Both the position numbers and the translations under genes were made by a program. A stretch of DNA of 32,000 nt from Candidatus Electronema aureum (GTDB lineage Bacteria; Desulfobacterota; Desulfobulbia; Desulfobulbales; Desulfobulbaceae): NCBI GenBank assembly GCA_004284765.1, contig NQJD01000003.1, positions 1-32,000 of the forward strand. Reading direction: 5' to 3'. The notes beneath the pieces were generated by a model, which was given only the letters and a program-made list of their open reading frames with translations, was not told the origin of the DNA and made no database searches. Every line of letters begins with the position of its first letter. Positions within the stretch are counted from its first letter, which is position 1. Shown one piece after another: positions 1-7,861 of this stretch.

Positions 1-335
1 CTTTCATAAGAACGGCGTTTGGCTGGCGGGCATTCGCCCTCTGAAAACTGAGACCAAGTCGGAAGTCAACTTTTTCAATATTATATTGTTTTTAATGGTA
101 AATTCAATGTGTTTTTTAGGGAGCCGTTCGCTTTGCCACTCATGGTTCACCATTACCCGCCCTTGCCAAGGTGGAAGAAAAATACTTTGCTGAATTCTGC
201 AAATGTGACATTCACTTTTTCTTAGGCACAACAAAGCAGTATCACGGATGGGCTAAGAATCCTTTCGTTATCATTGGCGTATTTTGGCCGCCGCACAATC
301 CACAGCTCAGTCTGCCTTTCGGAGCTGAAGAATCA

Positions 336-608
336 TCCCATTTCACGCTTCGATCAGGCCAATTCACAGATACATTGCCCTGATTCACGCTGCAATCACT
401 CTGGTTCACACTGCAACCAAGGCGGTTTAAACGCACATCGGCTTGATTCACGCTTGGAACAGAGCATTTCACGCGGCAAACAGCCTGTTTTGAGCGTGAA
501 TCAGAGCAAACGAAGCGTGAACCGTGTCATTTGAAGGGTGAATCAAGCCGGTTGCAGCGTGAAACGCTTTGACTGCAACGTGAATCAGAGCGTTTCTGGC
601 GTGCTTTT
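336..608. repeat. Array of about 13 tandem 21-bp units with a TTCACGC core: 7 forward copies, then 6 inverted copies, around a dyad near 484
   Basis: The + strand core TTCAC(G/A)C starts at 342, 363, 384, 405, 447 and 468, with a degenerate copy at 426. The complement (G/A)CGTGAA or GGGTGAA occupies 494-500, 515-521, 536-542, 557-563 and 578-584, with a degenerate copy at 599-605. Every step is 21 bp. ORFs across it only translate the repeat (SVNQ...). Confidence 0.8.
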
Positions 609-712
609 CTGCTGAATAAACTGTATCATAACCGGAGGATGCTGGCATTGCGGCGGGCGTGGGCTGCTGCCGGACAGAAAAAACACGTGCTGCAAGAAAA
701 GGAGGATTGATC

Positions 713-1253
713 ATGCGTTTTCCGAACACAGAACCAGAAATCAGGGCCTTGGCGCAGAACATCATCACTGGGCTTACGAACAACCCGAACTTTCCCTCGC
801 CGCCGGTTTCGGTCGCCGAGCTGCAAAATCAGCTGAACGCGATGATTCAGAACAGCGACGCGCAGGTTGCGGCTCAGGCGGCGGCGAAACAAGCCACGGA
901 CACCAAGCAGGCCTCGGTTGACGAGATGACCGGCTCGGTTAGGCTGGGGCGGCAGGGCGGTTCCGCGCCCGTTGCAGGTGCCGGGCCAGCCGAGGCTGCT
1001 GGAAACAAGGCAGCAGGGAGCTGGCTGGCTGACGCTGGACTGGAAAAAGCCTGCGGACGGCGGCGCGGCGGCCTCGTACAAAATCGAGCGGCGCGGACGC
1101 GCTGAGGGCGACTGGAAACTGGCCGGAATATCGGTTGAAACCGAGGTCACACTCAATAATCAGGAACGCGGCAAGGAATTGGAATACCGAGTTATTGCAA
1201 TCAACAAGGCGGGCGAGGGCGCGCCAAGCAACATTGTGACGGCAGTGCTGTGA
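713..1253 (+). pseudogene. Fibronectin type III domain protein, split over two frames. The N-terminal helical part runs from ATG 713. The FN3 domain is in the frame that opens at 930.
   Basis: Strong RBS aaaggagga lies before ATG 713. The N-terminal part is MRFPNTEPEIRALAQNIITGL... The FN3-like C-terminus (WLTLDWKKPADGG..YKIERR..EYRVIAINKAGEG) sits in another frame, which is closed by TGA at 927-929 and open from 930. The first frame then runs into Ala/Gly/Arg-rich nonsense. Confidence 0.7.
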
Positions 1254-1462
1254 ATCAAGCGGGCCGGATTGCATCATGTTCATACGACGAAGAAGGAAAG
1301 TCGTCCGGCCCGCTGTTCCGCATTATCTTGGACAAAATCGAAGAGGCGCAGATGGAACGCGCTATCAACACCCGTGCGGAAGCTCTGGCCTTGGCCGCCG
1401 CCATCGCCGTGAACCCCATTCATAACGCCGCCAAGTCAGAATCGTCTTCGCAAGAGACATGA
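1250..1462 (+). CDS. Hypothetical small protein (70 aa), possibly translationally coupled to the FN3 gene
   Basis: The GTG start overlaps the FN3 stop (GTGA). No recognisable domain. It contains an 11-bp-stem hairpin (agcgggccgga...tccggcccgct), so it may be noncoding. Confidence 0.25.
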   Translation: MNQAGRIASCSYDEEGKSSGPLFRIILDKIEEAQMERAINTRAEALALAAAIAVNPIHNAAKSESSSQET

Positions 1463-1478
1463 GCCGCAAGGAACGTAT

Positions 1479-2270
1479 CTACAACACAGGGACTTTTTGC
1501 ATCCCTATAGCCGGCAGCATAAGCACCGATCCACAGCGTCCGGTGATGCCCGGTCTCGCCTGCTCTTTGGTTGCCCGGCGATAGGAAAAGAAATCTTGGT
1601 TGCAAACCGTGCAGATACCTGCGGTGTCGATTTGCTCAGACCTCACTCCGGCCGCTATGAGCTGTTCCTGGCTGACTGCCCAGAAATCAAAGCAGTTCTC
1701 CTTGACCTGATGCCGATGCAGTGATGCAGGCAACTCTGCCCGCCAGTTGACAAACTCCGCGCAGCAAGGGCCAAGCGAAGGGCTGATAACCGCCCGCAAA
1801 TCAGTCGGATCAGTGCCAAACCGCGCCTGCATAAGCTGCACCGTAGCCGCGATAATGTTCAGCACACTGCCTTTCCAACCATTGTGCACCGCCGCAATCA
1901 CCGCCCGCACCGGATCGTGCAGCAGCACTGCTTGGCAGTCCGCCTGCTGAATCAACAAGCCCACGCCCCGCTGGTTTGTGACCAGGGCATCTGCCCCCGC
2001 ATATTCAGTGTCCTTGCTGATTGTTTCGTCTGCCACGAGCACCCGGTCGCCGTGTACTTGCATTGCTGAGACAAGATGCTCTATCCCCAAGCACTGCTTG
2101 ATGAGCTGCCGATTCGTCGCTACGTCTTTTGGCCTATCACCCACGCCATAGCTGAGGTTCAAGCTGGTAAAGGGTGGCGCACTTACCCCGCCTTGCCGAC
2201 AGAACATGCCATGCGGCAGATCAGCAAGCAACATAGAGCGGTGTACTGGATTACAAACGGTCGTAAGCAT
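1479..2270 (-). CDS. pgeF: Peptidoglycan editing factor PgeF / YfiH (DUF152, laccase-domain family)
   Basis: Family-typical motifs: FCRQGGVS, GADALVT, QQADCQAVLL, AAVHNGWKG, GPCC. Confidence 0.85.
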   Translation of the reverse strand: MLTTVCNPVHRSMLLADLPHGMFCRQGGVSAPPFTSLNLSYGVGDRPKDVATNRQLIKQCLGIEHLVSAMQVHGDRVLVADETISKDTEYAGADALVTNQRGVGLLIQQADCQAVLLHDPVRAVIAAVHNGWKGSVLNIIAATVQLMQARFGTDPTDLRAVISPSLGPCCAEFVNWRAELPASLHRHQVKENCFDFWAVSQEQLIAAGVRSEQIDTAGICTVCNQDFFSYRRATKEQARPGITGRCGSVLMLPAIGMQKVPVL

Positions 2271-2301
2271 CGTTAGCAGTCATTACCCTCAAGTTGCATG
2301 G

Positions 2302-2336
2302 CAAAAAAAGAAGGCAGGAATTTCCCCCTGCCTTCT
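2302..2336 (-). terminator. Rho-independent terminator after the alpha-2-macroglobulin gene
   Basis: Stem agaaggcagg (2309-2318) pairs with cctgccttct (2327-2336). A T-run follows on the minus strand (the A-run at 2303-2309 on +). Confidence 0.75.
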
Positions 2337-2358
2337 GTCATAAGGTTTCGCTACCTTG

Positions 2359-5300
2359 TTATTCTTTTTTGATCACCGTTACGGCACTTGACTTATTCCG
2401 CGCTCGGTATTCAGGCCGATACATTGCCTCGATCTCTGAGGGCGGTGCAGCGTACGTACCGGGTGTGACCGCACGGACTAAATAGGCAAAGCGGAAGGGC
2501 CGTACATTGGGGTTCCCTTCAATATGCGCCAACTGCTCGGTGTCAAAAGCAACCACAAAGCGGTCGTCTCGTGCATCGGTATAGCGAGACGAACTGAGTT
2601 CAGCTAACCAGCTAAAGGATGCTGCTTCTGTACTCGTTATCGGCTTCTCAATCTCAAAGCCCGCAGGCAGCAAATCAATCAGCAAGGACTGGAAGTTACC
2701 GCCTTCTTTTGCCTCGCCCTCGACCAGCACCACAGCCAGCTCACCCTGTGCTACCTTGTCCAGAGACAGTGACTCGCCTGCGGTATTATACCAGCTCCGC
2801 CGAACAGCGAAGCCGTTTTCTACCGGTGCAGGCTCGTTGATCGGCGAACCCTGCACGGTTGTTACCACCCAGACTGCAATATTGCCCTTGTTGCGCAACG
2901 TGACGGGGTGAGTCAGCAGAGCATCGCCACTGCGATTGAGGGAGAAGAAGGAGGTTTTGGTCTCTGCCGGTTTTGCCTCCTCTTTGGGGGTATCACTGAA
3001 GGCGGAGAGAAAGCGGCCTAAGAACGAAGGTCGACTTTTTTCCTCTGGCTTCGGCTGCGGTGCGCTGCTATCCGTTACTTCTATATCAAGCGCCTGTCCC
3101 TTGTCTAAGGTCAGAGCAGCCATGATTAAGGCCGCCTGTTCTTGGGTGGACATATACTTTCGTTTGGAGAGCAGGCCGACCAACTCTTGCCACGCTGCGG
3201 CAGGATCAATTTGCTTCAGGCCCGTGTCACCAAGAATGCTGACGATACTTGCTACATCACGCAAGCGAGAGCCATAGCTCCACCAAGAAGCAGCCTCGGT
3301 GTCTGCTTTCCGCAAGGCCGTTGATAGACCTTTTACCGCCCGGTCGTGATCGCCAAGCAAGGATAGTGTTCCGGCCAGCTGGGCTTGGGCTAATGGTGAA
3401 CCGATGCTGTCAAACTTGGTATCAAAAAGGTAACGGGCATCTTCATGCCGAGCCTGACCAGCGCGGGCTAATACCCAGTGCGCATAGGCCAACGCTTCGA
3501 TATGCTTATCCTCGCTGCCGCTGTTCTTGACTTCATTAGTCAGCCAATCTAAGCCCTTTTTGTAGAAGTAATCTGGCACAGCAAAGCCCTTCTCCTGCGC
3601 TCGACCTAAGAAATCCATCGCGTATGCCGAGAGCCACGGCTCAGGATCGCTGGTATCTGACCAAAGACCGAAGCTACCTTCACCAAGCTGTTTTTGCAGA
3701 ATCAGTTCAATCGTCTCCTGTACCCGCATGGGCAGCTTTTTATCGACAGGATAGCTGAAGCGTTCTGCGAGCTGATTGGCGTAAAGCAGCGGCATAGCCC
3801 GACTGGTTAATTGCTCCAGACAGCCGTGCGGATAACGATCTAATTCACCAAGCAACCCAGCTACATCAACATTGGGCGCACTGGAAATACTGAGATCAAC
3901 CTTGGCGGTGGCTGGGTACAGGCCATTCAGTACCGCTTGATTCAGACTGATGACTGCGCTTGGCTCCATTTTGCTATAGCTGCGGGTCAGCGTGGGGAGA
4001 TATTTGCCGCGCACGTTAAGATCAAAGTCGCCTGCATAGCTGTAACTCTCCGGCCCAGTTACGCTCAGATGCAGCTTGCCACTGCCAATACCAGAAGCTG
4101 TTACTGGAAAACTGAGGCTCTGCCGTTTACCGGGTTGGAGTTCGGCTGTTACCGTGCTGCTGGCCATCGTCACCGCGCCCTCAGCTTGCCAAGCAATTTG
4201 ATAATCACCTGCCGGGCCGTCGATGTTCTCAAGCAAAAGCTGAATGCTGGATTGATCGCCATCTGCTAAATAACGCGGTAACGAAGGTGAAATCACCACC
4301 GGATCGTTAACTCGCAGGGCGCGGCTCGATGCACCAGTTTTCTCTTTTGACCACGCCACAGCCATCAGGCGCAGCTTGCCGTTAAAGTCCGGGATATTCA
4401 ACGGTACAGTGGCAATGCCGTCTTGTTCCGCCTTAACCACGCCAGAGAAGAGCGAGACGACCTTGACGTTGGACTGCGGCGCACCGCGCAGACCATCTTC
4501 GCCCGCACCACTACGCAGGGTAAGTGGTTTGCTGTCCGGCGGAATGATCAGCTGACCGTACATGTCGCGAAGATCGAGACCAAGCTGCTGTTTTGCAAAG
4601 AACCACGCCACAGGATCAGGCGAGACAAAGTTCGTCAGTTGCAGCACGCCCTCATCCACGGCGGCTAAGGTCAGGCGAATTTCACTGCCTGCCTCTGCAC
4701 CCTTGACGCTGATCGGCACTTGCAGCACTTGGCGCGGTCGCACCTGTTCTGGCGCAGTAACCGTCACCTCTAACCGCTGCGGGGCAGAATTCACTGGCAG
4801 CCAAATCAAACCCACGGCTCGGTCTGCGCCCTTCTTTTCCTCTTTGCCGGGGCGATAAACCGTAAGCAAGGCATACACGCCCGCACCCCAGCCGTCTTCA
4901 ACCGGGATGTCAATGGTCTGCTCTTTACCCGTGAGGGCAAAGTTACGCACTCCATTCACTGTGGTATTAGCCAACACTAAACTGGCTTGGCCCAGATAAG
5001 GCGCAGTCAAAGTCAGCTTGGCTGTATCGCCAACCTTGTAGTCTTGCCGGTCAAGCACTACCTTAACTGAATCCGGTGTGTCGCTCTCGCCAACGCGCTG
5101 CTCGCCAGCAGTGAAACGCAGGGTGGAGAGCAGAACCTTGTCCTTGGTCAGCAGCTCCAAGCGGTATTGCCCCTGACCTGCTGGAACAGATATCGGTTGC
5201 GGCCCAGCCTTGTCCAACGTGAGCTGTCCGCGCTGCTCCTCTTGATCGCGGACAATCCGCTCGTAGGCCCACTCGCCGTCCTTGTGGAACCACTGGTAAT

Positions 5301-7701
5301 CAATATCCTCACGCACTAAGCGCCAGTTCGTTTCGCCTTGCTCCTGTGGCAGGCCTTTGTCGTTCAGGGCAATAACCTCAAACTTGGCTTCGCTCTGCTC
5401 TGGGATGTGCAGATCAGTAAAGCCAGGCTTCACGCCGAGATATTCCTTGAGATGACGCACGGGTAAGCTGGCTGTAGCACTCACTGCTCTGCCATCGATA
5501 TCTAAAACATCTGCGCTGATCACCGCTTTGAGCGGCTGTAAGGTGGCGTTCTGCTGGCCTTCAAGAATCAACGAGAGCAGGCCGTGTCCCTTCGCATCCG
5601 TGGTGATTTCTTCCAGCTCAATTTCCGCAATACCCGGCTTTTCTTGATCTTTGCCGAAGTAGAACTCGGCAAAATCAGTAAAGGGATGGGGATCGTATTC
5701 CAGCTGCATCTTCGCCTTGACGCTTAACTCTGAGCCGGGCGAGCCGTAGAAATAATCAGCCTGCACAGTCAATTCAGCCTTATTTTGTTCGTCTATTACG
5801 CCGTTTGGCTCCAAGCGCACCTCTAACCGTGGTGGCTTAAAGGATTTCACCTGAAAGGTCGTTTGACCGACCGGCTTATCCTCCACATCAGCATAAAGAA
5901 CAGCAGTCCAATTGCCAGAACGGGCAGCGTTGGCCAGATTAATCGTCTCACTGTAGCCACCCGCTGGATCAGACTGAAGCAGCCGTTCAATCAGCACCTT
6001 ACCGTCCGGGCCACTGACTCGCAGCGTCATAGGCGGCGCGACGGCGGAACGAGCAATACGGTCGCGGACTATTGCGGCCAAATGGACAGTCTCGCCGGGC
6101 CGGTAAATGCCGCGCTCGGTATAGATATAAGCATCAAGCGGGCCGGGTGCGGTTCTGCCACTCACACCTCGGTCGCTGAGGTCAAAGGGAGCCTGTTCTA
6201 ACTGAAGAAAGGTGAAGCCGTGCTTGCTGTTCATCGACATAAGATGCACAGCTGTCTGCCCGCCTTTGCCTTGCAGTAGGCCAGGAGCGAAGCGGACTAA
6301 GCCTTTCTCGTCTGTGGTCAGCGTAGCCAACGGGGTATTGTTCTTAGCGTAAAGACCGATCTCCACCCCAGCGATGGGCAACGCGGTATCTAAGCTGCGG
6401 GCGGCGACAGTCAGGCCATCACTGCCTTGATACGTGGTCAGGCCGATGTCTGTGACTACAATCCACTGGCTGGCTTTGCCTTCCCAGCGGCTTTCGTCCT
6501 CCTCGTCATCAGCGTGTTGCTCGGCCACCAAAACATAAAGACCAGGCGCAATGGCAAGAACATCTTGCGGCAGGACAATACTGCTGGTCATGATCTTGTC
6601 TTGCTCCGGCGTGATCTCTGTACTGCCCTTCCAGACTTGTTCACCAACCGTTTCTTCTATGGTCTCAAGTTGATAGCCTTCTAATTTATTACGGAAGTGT
6701 TCCCGAACAAACTCACCAAGAATGTTGCGCTCATGAATGCGAAAGAGCTGGAGCCGTACCTTATCGACGTTCACCGTGTTCAGGCCGATACCCCGATTGC
6801 TGCGGTCAGCAAGGATGTAGTCGCTCTGATTAAACCAGAGGGCAGGCTTGCGATGTTCAGTTTCGATAGTCAGTATCACTGATTCTGGCAAAGTACGTTC
6901 CTTCACCTTCAAGCCACTGCGCACAGTCACGCTGTAGGAGGTACCGTAAGCGGCTCCACCAATGCAGAGTTTGCTGTCCTCAACGTGGAAATCCGAGGAA
7001 ATGGTTGGCGTAGTCTGCACATAATCGCTGTAATGAATCTCGTCTGGGTTGGGTAAATGCTCGTTGAAGCTGAGGCAGAGCTGAGGTTGGCTGCTGTCAG
7101 TTTCAGCATCGGAACGTTGTACTTTCAGCGTCTTGTCTTCAAGTTCCTTCTGCCGCAGCGCAGCAAGCCGAGCCTCATGTTGCTGCTTTGCCCCCTCACT
7201 GTCGCCTAACTTAGCCAATAATTCATACACGCTGATAGCGGCAGGTGTCCAGTTCGCGTCAACGGTGGTACGGTTTTCTAATGCCTTGCCAACAAGAGCA
7301 AGGGCTTCTCTCTGAGCGGCTGGCGCATCAGCTGCCGCAAGATAAGCTAACCAGCCGTTCCGACTCGCTTCCGGCCATTTTCCAGCACATGCTTCTGCCT
7401 GCGCTGCAACTCGCCAAAAAGCAGCAGTTGGCTTACCACCTGAAAGAGCAGCAGCATTTTTGCACAACGTTGCAGCGATGGTACAATCCTCTATTTTTGT
7501 CGCCGCTGTCAATATTTCGGCAGCGTGGAGCAAGACAGCAGCCTCGTCAGGCTTCGGCGGTTTGTTGTCGGACGCAACGTATCCAGCGGCAAACTGCTGC
7601 GCCTCCTGCTCCAAATACTGAAGCGTGTATTCGTCAGCAGCAGCCAACGAAGAAAAGAGACAAAGCAACAGGAAGACAGCGGAGAGGACGACAGCTTTCA
7701 T
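2359..7701 (-). CDS. Bacterial alpha-2-macroglobulin family protein (about 1780 aa) with a thioester motif
   Basis: Size fits the family. RBS ggagga precedes ATG 7701. Signal peptide MKAVVLSAVFLLLCLFSSLAAADE. GCLEQ thioester motif is encoded at 3811-3825 (minus strand). Confidence 0.9.
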   Translation of the reverse strand: MKAVVLSAVFLLLCLFSSLAAADEYTLQYLEQEAQQFAAGYVASDNKPPKPDEAAVLLHAAEILTAATKIEDCTIAATLCKNAAALSGGKPTAAFWRVAAQAEACAGKWPEASRNGWLAYLAAADAPAAQREALALVGKALENRTTVDANWTPAAISVYELLAKLGDSEGAKQQHEARLAALRQKELEDKTLKVQRSDAETDSSQPQLCLSFNEHLPNPDEIHYSDYVQTTPTISSDFHVEDSKLCIGGAAYGTSYSVTVRSGLKVKERTLPESVILTIETEHRKPALWFNQSDYILADRSNRGIGLNTVNVDKVRLQLFRIHERNILGEFVREHFRNKLEGYQLETIEETVGEQVWKGSTEITPEQDKIMTSSIVLPQDVLAIAPGLYVLVAEQHADDEEDESRWEGKASQWIVVTDIGLTTYQGSDGLTVAARSLDTALPIAGVEIGLYAKNNTPLATLTTDEKGLVRFAPGLLQGKGGQTAVHLMSMNSKHGFTFLQLEQAPFDLSDRGVSGRTAPGPLDAYIYTERGIYRPGETVHLAAIVRDRIARSAVAPPMTLRVSGPDGKVLIERLLQSDPAGGYSETINLANAARSGNWTAVLYADVEDKPVGQTTFQVKSFKPPRLEVRLEPNGVIDEQNKAELTVQADYFYGSPGSELSVKAKMQLEYDPHPFTDFAEFYFGKDQEKPGIAEIELEEITTDAKGHGLLSLILEGQQNATLQPLKAVISADVLDIDGRAVSATASLPVRHLKEYLGVKPGFTDLHIPEQSEAKFEVIALNDKGLPQEQGETNWRLVREDIDYQWFHKDGEWAYERIVRDQEEQRGQLTLDKAGPQPISVPAGQGQYRLELLTKDKVLLSTLRFTAGEQRVGESDTPDSVKVVLDRQDYKVGDTAKLTLTAPYLGQASLVLANTTVNGVRNFALTGKEQTIDIPVEDGWGAGVYALLTVYRPGKEEKKGADRAVGLIWLPVNSAPQRLEVTVTAPEQVRPRQVLQVPISVKGAEAGSEIRLTLAAVDEGVLQLTNFVSPDPVAWFFAKQQLGLDLRDMYGQLIIPPDSKPLTLRSGAGEDGLRGAPQSNVKVVSLFSGVVKAEQDGIATVPLNIPDFNGKLRLMAVAWSKEKTGASSRALRVNDPVVISPSLPRYLADGDQSSIQLLLENIDGPAGDYQIAWQAEGAVTMASSTVTAELQPGKRQSLSFPVTASGIGSGKLHLSVTGPESYSYAGDFDLNVRGKYLPTLTRSYSKMEPSAVISLNQAVLNGLYPATAKVDLSISSAPNVDVAGLLGELDRYPHGCLEQLTSRAMPLLYANQLAERFSYPVDKKLPMRVQETIELILQKQLGEGSFGLWSDTSDPEPWLSAYAMDFLGRAQEKGFAVPDYFYKKGLDWLTNEVKNSGSEDKHIEALAYAHWVLARAGQARHEDARYLFDTKFDSIGSPLAQAQLAGTLSLLGDHDRAVKGLSTALRKADTEAASWWSYGSRLRDVASIVSILGDTGLKQIDPAAAWQELVGLLSKRKYMSTQEQAALIMAALTLDKGQALDIEVTDSSAPQPKPEEKSRPSFLGRFLSAFSDTPKEEAKPAETKTSFFSLNRSGDALLTHPVTLRNKGNIAVWVVTTVQGSPINEPAPVENGFAVRRSWYNTAGESLSLDKVAQGELAVVLVEGEAKEGGNFQSLLIDLLPAGFEIEKPITSTEAASFSWLAELSSSRYTDARDDRFVVAFDTEQLAHIEGNPNVRPFRFAYLVRAVTPGTYAAPPSEIEAMYRPEYRARNKSSAVTVIKKE

Positions 7702-7803
7702 GGTTTCCTCCATGTGAAACGGGAAGGGGCGGGAACTACACTACTGGCATTATACCCAGCTGTCAGGCTGCTGAAAACAAAAAGATTTGCTAAATCACAG
7801 AGC

Positions 7804-7837
7804 AAAAAAAGAGGGCAGCCCCTTGTGGGACTGCCCT
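7804..7837 (-). terminator. Rho-independent terminator after the collagen-like gene
   Basis: Stem agggcag (7812-7818) pairs with ctgccct (7831-7837), with inner ccc/ggg pairing. A T-run follows on the minus strand (A-run 7804-7810 on +). Confidence 0.75.
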
Positions 7838-7861
7838 TTGGCTGTAGGCTGCTAAAGAATG

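Noticed and set aside
1-234. Edge ORFs: the open + frame from position 2 to about 190, and ORF 4-234 (-)
   Set aside because: The Cys/His/Phe-rich, AT-rich sequence has no recognisable motif and is not coding-like. I cannot support a gene call. It may be the tail of a gene lying left of the window.
242-534. ORFs 242-472 (-) and 274-534 (+) overlapping the 21-bp repeat array
   Set aside because: Their translations are just the repeat read in frame (SVNQ.., SRL..). They have no RBS or domain signal, so I treated them as repeat artefacts.
626-1283. Minus-strand ORFs 626-1156 and 939-1283
   Set aside because: They are antisense to the FN3 gene and Arg/Ala/Pro-rich, as is typical of shadow ORFs in GC-rich coding DNA.
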